This document shows, piece after piece, positions 19,741-27,971 of a DNA stretch of 40,537 nucleotides; position 1 is the first letter of the stretch, and each line of letters begins with the position of its first letter. The translations under genes were made by a program, and so were the position numbers. This DNA is from Bacteroides uniformis. Lineage in GTDB: Bacteria; Spirochaetota; Spirochaetia; Sphaerochaetales; Sphaerochaetaceae. The notes under the pieces are model-generated. The model saw only the letters and a program-made list of their open reading frames with translations. It was not told the origin of the DNA and searched no databases. The DNA lies in assembly GCA_963618365.1 (NCBI GenBank), contig CAVESN010000001.1:9892-50428 (forward strand). Direction: 5' to 3'.

Positions 19741-19770
19741 AGTATACCCCCCCCCGTGTATCTTGTGCAA
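19741..19770 (-). promoter_or_regulatory. Predicted sigma70-type promoter of the DUF1566 lipoprotein gene with a poly-G spacer
   Basis: The minus strand reads TTGCAC (19770-19765), then the 18-nt spacer aagatacacGGGGGGGGG, then TATACT (19746-19741). About 36 nt further on come AAGGA and the ATG at 19698. Confidence 0.5.
19747..19755 (-). repeat. Homopolymeric G9 tract (C9 on the + strand)
   Basis: Counted directly: four C at 19747-19750 plus five C at 19751-19755. Confidence 0.95.
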
Positions 19771-19827
19771 GAGGGGGACAATCACCGTCTCTTTTTCTTT
19801 TGGGGAGGAAAGGGATATGATGGCACC

Positions 19828-21162
19828 ATGCAACAAGATTTAACCATCGGTTCCATCAAGAAGAATTTGATAACATTCTCCCTTCCCTACCTTGCTTCCT
19901 GTTTTCTGCAATCGTTCTATGGCATGGCAGACCTCTTCATCACGGGAAAGTTCAACGGCGCGGAAGTCATCAGCGCTGTTGCCATCGGCAGCCAGCTGAT
20001 GCACATGCTGACTGTCATGATTGTCGGAATGGCAATGGGCACCACCGTGAACCTTGGCAAGGCGGTAGGGGGCGGGGACAAAGCCATGAAAGGGAAAGTA
20101 ATCGGGAACTCCGTGCTCTTCTTCCTTCTTCTCAGCATTCCCCTGACCGTGGCACTCACCCTCCTAACCGATCCGATTCTCCGGCTTCTTGCTACTCCCA
20201 TGGAGGCTTTCGAGCAAGCCCATGGCTACGTGCTGGTATGCATGCTGGGAATTCCATGGATAATCGCATACAATGTGGTGGCCTCCCTGTTCCGGGCTCA
20301 GGGGGACAGCAGGACCCCCCTTTTGTTCATCATGGTCGCAGGAATCGCCAATGTGTTCCTTGACTGGCTTTTCATCGGACCGTTGGGCATGGGCGCCACA
20401 GGGGCGGCCCTTGCCACCGTCATCAGCCAGGCGCTCAGCTTCCTCCTCTCCCTCCTCGCAATCCTCAAGAAGCACTTGCTACGCCTCAAGAGAGAGGATT
20501 TCAGGTTCGACCGCAAAATAGTCAAAGCAATCGTCGGAGTAGGCTTTCCCATTTGCGCACAGGATGGATGTATCCAGGTCTCCTTCCTCCTCATCACCGT
20601 GCTTGTCAACCATCGTGGCGTCATCGATGTGGCTGCGGTGGGCATTGTCGAGAAGATAATCAGCTTCCTCTTCCTCGTACCCTCCGCGATGCTCAGCTCG
20701 GTCAGCGTGGTTGCGGCCCAAAACGCGGGAGCGGGAAGGAACGACCGTTCCTTGCAATCGCTTTTCTGGGCAATCTCCTTCTGCCTGACCTTCGGATTCG
20801 TGGTCTCCCTTCTGGTCCAGTTCTTTGCAAAGGAAATTATCGGGCTCTTCACAAGCGACCCCTTGGTGGTAACCCAAGGGGCCTCCTACTTTCGCTCCTA
20901 TGTGTTCGACTGCCTCTTTGCCGCATTCCATTTCCCCATGTGCGGTTTCTTTTGCGCCTACGGGAAAGCCGGATACTCTTTTCTCAGCAACATCCTCTCC
21001 ATCATCCTCGTGCGCATCCCTGGCGCCTGGTGGGGTTCCATGGCATTTCCCGCCACCTTGTTGCCACTGGGGATGGCGGCTCCGCTAGGGAGCGTCTTCT
21101 CCTCGGTCGTGTGCGCATTGCTGCTTTTGAAGCTTTGGAGGAAAGGGAAAACCAAACCATGA
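19828..21162 (+). CDS. MATE-family efflux transporter
   Basis: The N-terminus ...IKKNLITFSLPYLASCFLQSFYGMADLFITGK... and the 12-TM pattern are typical of MATE/NorM. I chose the start at ATG 19828. The upstream part of the track ORF crosses the divergent promoter region. Confidence 0.9.
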   Translation: MQQDLTIGSIKKNLITFSLPYLASCFLQSFYGMADLFITGKFNGAEVISAVAIGSQLMHMLTVMIVGMAMGTTVNLGKAVGGGDKAMKGKVIGNSVLFFLLLSIPLTVALTLLTDPILRLLATPMEAFEQAHGYVLVCMLGIPWIIAYNVVASLFRAQGDSRTPLLFIMVAGIANVFLDWLFIGPLGMGATGAALATVISQALSFLLSLLAILKKHLLRLKREDFRFDRKIVKAIVGVGFPICAQDGCIQVSFLLITVLVNHRGVIDVAAVGIVEKIISFLFLVPSAMLSSVSVVAAQNAGAGRNDRSLQSLFWAISFCLTFGFVVSLLVQFFAKEIIGLFTSDPLVVTQGASYFRSYVFDCLFAAFHFPMCGFFCAYGKAGYSFLSNILSIILVRIPGAWWGSMAFPATLLPLGMAAPLGSVFSSVVCALLLLKLWRKGKTKP

Positions 21163-21983
21163 CGACGAAACAGAATCTCCATACCCACTCAACTTACTGC
21201 GACGGGAATTCCCCCATGGAGGAAGTGGTTCTCCATGCGCTCAAGGCAGGACTCGACTCCCTTGGCTTCTCCAGCCACAACCACACCGGTTTTCCCTGGG
21301 ACACTTGCCAGATTCCCCAAGAGAAGATTGACTCCTACTTTCAGGAGATCAACCAGCTACAGGAAAAGTATCCCCAAATCAAGCTATATCGTGGATTCGA
21401 GATAGAAAGCAGGAGCCAAAGCGGCCAGATAGAGTTCGACCCCCGGCTCGACTACAGCATTGGATCCTGCCATCTCTTTGACACGCCCAAGGGATTGATG
21501 GAAGTTGATTATTCCCCAAAGAGGTTCCAGGAGGCGATTGACGCATTCGACGGCAACATCAAGGCTTTACTTGAAAGCTACTACAAGGAAGTGGCACGGT
21601 TCGCAAACGAAAAGCCTTTCTCCATCATCGGCCACTTTGACCTTGTGACCAAATTCCTGGAGAAGCAGCCGTTCTTCGACGAAGGGGAGAGCTGGTACCA
21701 GGATTTGGCGGCGGGATATCTGGAAGAGACCGCCAAATCAGGCAAAATCTTTGAAGTGAACACAGGCGCCATCAGCAGGGGGTGGAAGAGCACTCCCTAC
21801 CCCGCGCCGTTTTTGCTGGAGAGGCTTAAAAACCTCCATGCCCCCCTCATCATCTCTAGCGACTGCCACAAGTCCGATGCGGTTGTCTCCCATTTTGAGG
21901 AGGTGGAGACCATGCTCAAGAGCATGGGCTTCAAGGAGCAAATGAAGCTGACCGACAGAGGGTTTCAGAGTGTCGCACTTTGA
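21159..21983 (+). CDS. PHP-family histidinol-phosphatase-like phosphoesterase (HisJ family)
   Basis: The product MTTKQNLHTHSTYCDGNS... carries the PHP metal-binding motif and is about 274 aa long. The gene overlaps the MATE stop by 4 bp (ATGA). The long upstream extension in the track (20553-) is a shadow of the MATE gene. Confidence 0.85.
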   Translation: MTTKQNLHTHSTYCDGNSPMEEVVLHALKAGLDSLGFSSHNHTGFPWDTCQIPQEKIDSYFQEINQLQEKYPQIKLYRGFEIESRSQSGQIEFDPRLDYSIGSCHLFDTPKGLMEVDYSPKRFQEAIDAFDGNIKALLESYYKEVARFANEKPFSIIGHFDLVTKFLEKQPFFDEGESWYQDLAAGYLEETAKSGKIFEVNTGAISRGWKSTPYPAPFLLERLKNLHAPLIISSDCHKSDAVVSHFEEVETMLKSMGFKEQMKLTDRGFQSVAL

Positions 21984-22553
21984 TCATCCCTTGAGCGCCA
22001 ACCCATCCTTGAACGCATGGCCGACCACCGCTCCAAGCGCACGGTAGACGTGGTTGGAAGAATCGTAAACAATAGGCTGAAGTTTTTCCGTGTCGATTTT
22101 CCCGTCCGTCAGGATGGAAGGGTCCGCGTCCACTTCCACGATGCGGCCGACGACGGTGATGTCATCCGGTCCGACCTGGTTGAAGGATTCGACCTCACAC
22201 TCCAACGCCAAGGGAAGTTCCTTGAAGAGAGGAGCATTGACCTTGCTTGCCTTCTCGCAGTGCCAGCCGGTCCTCTCCATCTTGTTTTCCACATCGCCTG
22301 CGCTGACGATCCCCACATAGTCCGCGGGGACAACCTGGCTCTGGGTGGCAAAGCTCACGGTGAACGCTTTCGTGATCTTCATGTTCTCCGTACTCCTATG
22401 CGGAGCAAGATAGATGACGACTTTCTTGTAGTCGCACTGGATGGCCCATGCCGCATTCATTGCGTTCGGGTTTCCCTTCTCGTCATAGGTCCCTATCACA
22501 TAGACGGAAAGAGGATAGATGACCGGGGCTTTGATGCCGAGTTGCTGTTTCAT
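21984..22553 (-). CDS. Flavin reductase-like/flavoredoxin family protein
   Basis: The start MKQQLGIKAPVIYPLSVYVIGTYDEKGNPNAMNAAWA... is the typical FMN-binding split-barrel N-terminus. GGAGA lies upstream of the ATG at 22553. Confidence 0.85.
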   Translation of the reverse strand: MKQQLGIKAPVIYPLSVYVIGTYDEKGNPNAMNAAWAIQCDYKKVVIYLAPHRSTENMKITKAFTVSFATQSQVVPADYVGIVSAGDVENKMERTGWHCEKASKVNAPLFKELPLALECEVESFNQVGPDDITVVGRIVEVDADPSILTDGKIDTEKLQPIVYDSSNHVYRALGAVVGHAFKDGLALKG

Positions 22554-22610
22554 GGTAAATCTCCTTCTCAATTGCTTCGAAAGTAGCAAGTAAGGAGAGC
22601 TTCGTCCATC

Positions 22611-23306
22611 TCACTTCTGGAAAAGAAGCGCTTCCTCATGCACGTTCAATTCCCTGATCTCCCCTTTTTCCATCGTCCCGAGGGTGAGTCCACCCTCCTG
22701 TATGCGCTTGAGGTAGGTGACGTGAAGAGCTCTGGATGCCATCATTCTCCTCACCTGGTGGTATTTCCCCTCCTCAAGGACAATCTCGCTCTTTCCTTGT
22801 CCGAGGGGCTTCAGCAAGGCGGGCATGCACGCCTCCCCATCCTTCAGGATGATTCCGCTTTTGAAGGCAACAACATCCTCCCCTGTTGCCATTCCCTCAT
22901 GCTCGGCATAATAGATCTTCCTCACTCCCGACTTGGGGGAAATGAGCCTGTGTGCAAGCACTCCGTCATTGGTCATGACAAGAAGCCCCTCCGTCTCCTT
23001 GTCGAGCCGTCCCACAGGAAAGAGATCCATCTTCCTCATCGCATCGGGAATCAAGTCCATCACCGTGGGACCCTTGTCCTTGGTGCTGGTCACATACCCG
23101 CTTGGCTTAAAGAGAAGACAGACCATACGCCGCTTCCTTTCGACGGGATTTCCGTCAAGGGCGATTACCGCTTTTTCGCTTACTTTCGAGGCAGGATCCT
23201 TGACAACACACCCATCCACGGTGACACGGCCACTATGGATGATGGACTTCAAGACACTTCTGCTCGCCACATCGGATGCGGCAAGCAACTTGTCGAGCCT
23301 GGTCAT
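22611..23306 (-). CDS. rRNA pseudouridine synthase (RsuA/RluB family)
   Basis: An S4 domain (RLDKLLAASDVASRSVLKSIIHSGRVTVDG) is followed by the catalytic motif GRLDKETEGLLVMTNDG. Confidence 0.9.
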   Translation of the reverse strand: MTRLDKLLAASDVASRSVLKSIIHSGRVTVDGCVVKDPASKVSEKAVIALDGNPVERKRRMVCLLFKPSGYVTSTKDKGPTVMDLIPDAMRKMDLFPVGRLDKETEGLLVMTNDGVLAHRLISPKSGVRKIYYAEHEGMATGEDVVAFKSGIILKDGEACMPALLKPLGQGKSEIVLEEGKYHQVRRMMASRALHVTYLKRIQEGGLTLGTMEKGEIRELNVHEEALLFQK

Positions 23307-23309
23307 AAC

Positions 23310-24398
23310 CTATCTCCGGTCAATCCAACCGGTCTTGTACAGGTACTCCGCGGCTTCGACGCCACCACCGGCAGCTCCACGGAGCGTATTATGGGAGAGT
23401 CCCACGAACTTGTAATCGAAAAGCGTATCAGGGCGAATGCGTCCTATGGAGATGCCCATCCCCTTCTCCCAATCCACATCAAGCTTCACTTGCGGCCGGT
23501 CCTCTTCATCGAAATACTGGATAAACTGTTTTGGAGCCAGGGGAAGATTGAGTTTCTGTGGCTCCCCCTCATACTCGCGCAAGGCTTTGATGAGCTGCTC
23601 CTTGGTCGGCTTCTTATGGAAATTGACGAAAACGGTGGCGGTATGGCCGTTGAGCACGGGAACGCGGATGCACTGGCTGGTGATAACCAAATCATCGGCC
23701 AATGCGATCTTCCCTCCTTCGAGCTTGCCAAGCACCTTCAGCGGCTCTTTCTCCGATTTTTCCTCTTCTCCGGAAATGAAGGGAATCACATTGCCCACCA
23801 TCTCCGGCCAGCTTTCAAAGTTCTTTCCTGCACCGCTGATGGCCTGATACGTGGAGACCACCACCTGGTAGGGTTCGAAAACGCGCCATGCGGCGAGAGC
23901 GGGAGTGTATGACTGGATGGAGCAATTCGGCTTGACTGCGATAAAACCTCTCTTGGTGCCCAACCGGCGTCTTTGCGCCTCAATCAAGCCATAATGGTCC
24001 GGATTGATTTCAGGGACCACCATCGGCACATCAACTGTCCAGCGATGGGCGCTATTGTTGGAGACTACCGGACATTCGCGGCGCGCATATGCCTCTTCAA
24101 GGTCCTTGATATCCTCTTTGGGCATGTTGACCGCGCAAAAGACAAAATCAACATCCTTGACGATTTGATCCATGTCATCCTCAAGCTCCTTGATGCGCAT
24201 GGACGCCACATATTCCGGCATGGGAACATCGAGCTTCCACTTGTTGCCTTCCAGTGCCTCGGCGTAGGTCTTTCCCGTAGTCGCCCTGCTTGCGACGACT
24301 TCAGTCAACTCGAACCAAGGATGGTTCTCCAAGAGGGTCACGAACCGCTGGCCAACCATGCCAGTGGCACCGAGAATACCGACTTTCAATTTCTCCAT
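23310..24398 (-). CDS. asd: Aspartate-semialdehyde dehydrogenase
   Basis: The NAD(P) motif GILGATGMVGQRF is present, together with an active-site region containing NCSIQ and a C-terminal GLSHNTLRGAAGG. Length is 362 aa. Confidence 0.92.
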   Translation of the reverse strand: MEKLKVGILGATGMVGQRFVTLLENHPWFELTEVVASRATTGKTYAEALEGNKWKLDVPMPEYVASMRIKELEDDMDQIVKDVDFVFCAVNMPKEDIKDLEEAYARRECPVVSNNSAHRWTVDVPMVVPEINPDHYGLIEAQRRRLGTKRGFIAVKPNCSIQSYTPALAAWRVFEPYQVVVSTYQAISGAGKNFESWPEMVGNVIPFISGEEEKSEKEPLKVLGKLEGGKIALADDLVITSQCIRVPVLNGHTATVFVNFHKKPTKEQLIKALREYEGEPQKLNLPLAPKQFIQYFDEEDRPQVKLDVDWEKGMGISIGRIRPDTLFDYKFVGLSHNTLRGAAGGGVEAAEYLYKTGWIDRR

Positions 24399-24510
24399 TG
24401 CTCATACCCTTTCAAACAACAAATAGCTAGCCGTGATTAAACCCCCTTATGGGGTTTGTATCAACCCAATAGGGTAAAAAAGTCAGATATTTTTTGTCAT
24501 TACCGAGATT

Positions 24511-25023
24511 TCAGAACGCCCAGTCTAAGACTATTCCCTCAAGCTTGAGGAGCATCCCTTTTCGTGCAATTCCTCCACCATATCCCACAAGCCTTCCAGA
24601 AGAGCCAATCACACGATGGCAGGGGATGATCAGGAAAACGGGATTGCGTCCCACCGCCTGTCCTACCGCTTGAGAGGAAATGCGTTCCTTGCCCAGACGG
24701 GAAGCAGCCTCTTTGGCAATCTCTCCGTAGGTGACCGTCTCCCCGTAGGGAATGGAAGAGAGGAGCGCAATCACCGTGCAAAAGAAGAGGGACCCTTCCA
24801 CTTTTGTCTCGGGAGTAAAGTCTGGATTCTTTCCGGAGAAATAGATATCGAGCCATCGGCGCGTCTTCTGGAAGATGGCGAGGCTTTCATTGGCAGCCGT
24901 AGGCCCAGACAAGCATCTCTGAAAAGGATGCTGCTCTTCAAACCACAAACCGGTAAGAGAAACTCCGTCACTCACCATGGAAAGAAGGCCCAAAGGAGAA
25001 GGGTAGGAAGCGGCGTAGGTCAT
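24511..25023 (-). CDS. ogt: Methylated-DNA--protein-cysteine S-methyltransferase
   Basis: The active-site motif IPCHRVIGSSG and the helix-turn-wing segment YGEIAKEA are present. The gene overlaps the upstream gene by 4 bp. Confidence 0.9.
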   Translation of the reverse strand: MTYAASYPSPLGLLSMVSDGVSLTGLWFEEQHPFQRCLSGPTAANESLAIFQKTRRWLDIYFSGKNPDFTPETKVEGSLFFCTVIALLSSIPYGETVTYGEIAKEAASRLGKERISSQAVGQAVGRNPVFLIIPCHRVIGSSGRLVGYGGGIARKGMLLKLEGIVLDWAF

Positions 25024-25691
25024 TCCTGTAGTGGCTCCAAAGTAAGAACTCCCGAAGGGATGTGCGAGCTATCGAGAGAGATCGTATGCGCTCCCTTCTC
25101 CTCAAGAGAGCCAAACACTTTCCGAATCTCGCTGATATCGGAAAGCACTCCGTAACCACGGCATCCTTTCCTGAAATGCATGAGAATGGAGAGAGCGGCA
25201 CCGCTACGGGCGATAAGCTCTCTTGCCTGCAAGGGGCCTATGGTGTAGAAACCACCGCAAGGAACCAGCAGGATATCTGCTTTTCGGAGAAACGCATACT
25301 CGCCTTCCGTCGGAAGCCGTCCATAATCCCCTAGGTGTGCGATATTGACACCGCCAAGAGAGACCATGACCACGTCGCACATGCCGCGTTTCCTCCCCTT
25401 GGCATCATCATGGGGCACACGCATCCGATGCACGGGAAAAGGGTCCCGTTTGGCTGTCACTTCCACCAAACCCCTCGCACAGTGGTCCGCATGGTCATGC
25501 GAGCAATACAGCGCATCCACACATATCCCGCGAGGAAGCTTCAGCCCCGGCACACTACCATCCTGATACGGATCGAACAGCACGCTTTTCCCTCCATAGG
25601 AGAGCTTGAAGCACGCATGGCCGTAGTAGGTGAGAAAAAGGGGTGCCATGCCATCTTGCTCCTCTCTGTCCAAAAACTCGCACATAGGCAC
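25020..25691 (-). CDS. MBL-fold metallo-hydrolase
   Basis: It contains YYGHACFKL and the SHDHADH metal motif. The true start may be the internal ATG at 25649 (MAPLFLTYYGHAC). Confidence 0.8.
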   Translation of the reverse strand: MPMCEFLDREEQDGMAPLFLTYYGHACFKLSYGGKSVLFDPYQDGSVPGLKLPRGICVDALYCSHDHADHCARGLVEVTAKRDPFPVHRMRVPHDDAKGRKRGMCDVVMVSLGGVNIAHLGDYGRLPTEGEYAFLRKADILLVPCGGFYTIGPLQARELIARSGAALSILMHFRKGCRGYGVLSDISEIRKVFGSLEEKGAHTISLDSSHIPSGVLTLEPLQE

Positions 25692-25714
25692 TTTCCTCTG
25701 TCAGAATTTGCCGA

Positions 25715-26902
25715 TCAGCATGTTTCCTTGAAAAGAGTTACCCCTTTTGCAAGGCGAACAAGCCCATCTTCCACCACACGCTCCGGACAAGCCACGTTCA
25801 TACGGACAAATCCCTCCCCTCCCTTTCCGTATTGGGATCCGTCGCTAAGATAAAGCCCGGCATGCTCCCGGAGAAAAGAAGCGAAACCTTTTCCTTCATG
25901 CGGGAGTCCATGCACGTCGATCCAAACCAAATAGGTGGCGTCCTCGACAATCATTTTCAATTCAGGAACCTGGGAACTGAGAAAAGCGGCAACCCGCTGC
26001 TTGTTCCGGTATATATACGCTCTCACCGCATCCAGCCAAGAAGATCCTTTGGAAAATGCGGCTACCGCCACTTCCACTGCGAACGAGTTTGGCTCTGCAA
26101 CTTCATCCGTGTTCAACGCACGCCAGACCTTATGGCGTAGAAGTGCATTAGGAACCACAACAGCGGCGCTATGGATGCCCGCCACATTGAACGCCTTGCT
26201 TGGACTGATGCAGGTGACGCTTATCTCTCTTGCAATCGGGCTGACGCTGGCAAACGGTACATAGGAGACTCCGGGGTCGGTAAGGTCGCAATGGATTTCA
26301 TCGCTTATCACCACCACCCCATGCTCCTCGCAAAGCTGGGCGATTCTTGCAAGCTCCTCTTTCCTCCATACCCGGCCTCCCGGGTTCTGGGGATTGCACA
26401 GGATCAGCAATGTGGCTTGCCCGTCGGCAAGCTTCTCTTCCAAATCGGTCCAGTCCACATCGTATCCTTTCTCGGAAAGACGTAGCGGACTCTCCAAAGG
26501 ATACCTGCCATTGTTCACGATGGAATTGAAGAAGATGTTGTAGACGGGAGTCATGAGCACAACCTTCTCGGCAGGAGTAGTCAATTTACGGACAAGGCAG
26601 GAGATGGCGGGAACCACCCCGGAGGCAAAAATCAGCCAGGATTTGTCCATGACAAACCCATGACGTTCCTTCCACCAACCCACGTAGGCCTCATACCACG
26701 AATCCGGGACAATCGAGTAGCCGAATATGCCATGGTCCAGACGCCTCTGGATTGCTTCACGAATTTCCGGGGCTGTCCTGAAATCCATGTCGGCCACCCA
26801 CATGGGAAGCTCTCCCTCCTTCACATCCCATTTGTCGCTGTGAAACGGTCTGCGGTCCACTATCTCATCAAAATCGTACATCTGCTTCACCGATTGCCTC
26901 AA
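25715..26902 (-). CDS. MalY/PatB-family PLP-dependent C-S lyase (cystathionine beta-lyase-like aminotransferase)
   Basis: The N-terminal YDFDEIVDRR...SDKWDV, the PLP-lysine region SPSKAFNVAG and the approximately 390-aa length fit the family. Confidence 0.88.
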   Translation of the reverse strand: MRQSVKQMYDFDEIVDRRPFHSDKWDVKEGELPMWVADMDFRTAPEIREAIQRRLDHGIFGYSIVPDSWYEAYVGWWKERHGFVMDKSWLIFASGVVPAISCLVRKLTTPAEKVVLMTPVYNIFFNSIVNNGRYPLESPLRLSEKGYDVDWTDLEEKLADGQATLLILCNPQNPGGRVWRKEELARIAQLCEEHGVVVISDEIHCDLTDPGVSYVPFASVSPIAREISVTCISPSKAFNVAGIHSAAVVVPNALLRHKVWRALNTDEVAEPNSFAVEVAVAAFSKGSSWLDAVRAYIYRNKQRVAAFLSSQVPELKMIVEDATYLVWIDVHGLPHEGKGFASFLREHAGLYLSDGSQYGKGGEGFVRMNVACPERVVEDGLVRLAKGVTLFKETC

Positions 26903-27768
26903 TTTGCAATGATCCGGGTTTTCTCTTTGTCACAATTCTCTTCTTCGATAATCACTTCACCAATATCCTTTGCGCGGATAATGCCACTGCCCGGATTCAG
27001 GATGGAATCGATATGTCCAGTCACCTCGACATCCATCTCCTTGCAATACTCAAAGGCATAGGTCGTCCCCACCAGCTTACAACCAACCATCTTCAGGTTC
27101 TCGATATAGTCGAGCCCCTGGGAGCTCTCAATCGTGCAATTGACCAGAGTGAGGTTTTTTGTGTTCCAGGCAAGATATTCTCCTGAGATAATGGAGTCAT
27201 AGACAGTCACATTCTCGCAATTCCAGAAACAATCCTTGGTAATCAGCTTACAGGAGCGCAAGGTGAGGTTTCTCGCACCGTCAAACGCATAGTTGCCGAA
27301 GATCTCAAGATGGTCGGCCAAGACATCCTGGCTGTTCATGGCAAAGTAGTCGCCACGTACGCTCACATGGTCCAGCGTAATGGAGGAACAATTCCAGAAC
27401 GTCTCCTGCGCATTGAAAAGGGAAACTCGGCGTAGCGTGATATCATGGCAACGCCTGAAGTTCTTTGGCGCTCCGACAATGGAATCCTCGACAATCATGC
27501 AGTCGGTGTACCACACTCCGCTACGCCCCATCTCCTGCCAGACGCAATCCTTCACATATACGTGCTGCGAATACCAAAGCGGATATTTCCACTGGAACTG
27601 GCAGCCATAAAGCTTCACGTTCCGGCTCTCCTTCAAAGGCGATTCGCCATCATGGAATATCGTATCGTGGATCTCAAGATTTTCACCCCGGTAGAGTGCA
27701 CGCTCCCCACTCAAGCTTTCCCCTACGATTGTCTCATTGGATCGCCTTAACGGATTGAATCTTTCCAT
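26899..27768 (-). CDS. DUF3737-family protein (parallel beta-helix repeats)
   Basis: It has repeated about 20-aa units of the NxxLxxC/V type and the conserved N-terminus GESLSGERALYRGENLEIHDTIF. The gene overlaps the next gene by 4 bp. Confidence 0.75.
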   Translation of the reverse strand: MERFNPLRRSNETIVGESLSGERALYRGENLEIHDTIFHDGESPLKESRNVKLYGCQFQWKYPLWYSQHVYVKDCVWQEMGRSGVWYTDCMIVEDSIVGAPKNFRRCHDITLRRVSLFNAQETFWNCSSITLDHVSVRGDYFAMNSQDVLADHLEIFGNYAFDGARNLTLRSCKLITKDCFWNCENVTVYDSIISGEYLAWNTKNLTLVNCTIESSQGLDYIENLKMVGCKLVGTTYAFEYCKEMDVEVTGHIDSILNPGSGIIRAKDIGEVIIEEENCDKEKTRIIAN

Positions 27769-27850
27769 CGTCTTACTCCCGTTCTCCGAAAGATACTCAT
27801 TTCCGCCCCATTATACAAACATGATTCACCTTCCCGCCATCCCCACAGGT

Positions 27851-27929
27851 TGCTTCAATTGCTTCAAACAGACTTTGAAGTAAGATTGAAGTAAACTTTG
27901 AAGTAAGATTGAAGTAAACTTTGAAGTAG
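27851..27929 (+). repeat. Iteron-like repeat array
   Basis: TGCTTCAA occurs twice, at 27851-27858 and 27860-27867. The inverse motif TTGAAGTA then occurs five times, starting at 27875, 27886, 27898, 27909 and 27921. These five copies make up a 23-bp unit ACTTTGAAGTAAGATTGAAGTAA present in two full copies plus a 12-nt partial copy (27872-27929). Confidence 0.95.
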
Positions 27930-27971
27930 TGCAAAGGAGAATCGCATATGGTACTGTAAGAGCTCGTCAAT

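Noticed and set aside
19699-19836. An N-terminal extension of the DUF1566 lipoprotein ORF through the G9 tract (MLHGAI...HGGGYTCP...)
   Set aside because: The extension has no SD, overlaps the divergent MATE start, and precedes a perfect Met-Lys-Lys lipoprotein signal that has its own SD. The tract fits better as a promoter spacer. I note that the frame is open, so a translational role cannot be fully excluded.
20553-21158. A long upstream extension of the PHP phosphatase ORF (476 aa in the track)
   Set aside because: It overlaps the MATE transporter gene in another frame and is Arg/Leu/Pro-rich. The conserved PHP N-terminus (HTHSTYCDG) begins right after the ATG at 21159, which overlaps the MATE stop (ATGA).
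24438-24462. The hairpin AAACCCC..GGGGTTT between ogt and asd as a terminator
   Set aside because: It has a short stem and no T-run on either strand beyond the stem itself, so it is not convincing as an intrinsic terminator.
27872-27929. The tandem 23-bp repeat as a possible mini-CRISPR array
   Set aside because: The units are directly adjacent with no spacers, there are only about 2.5 copies, the unit is shorter than CRISPR repeats, and no cas genes are present. I treat it as an iteron or operator array.
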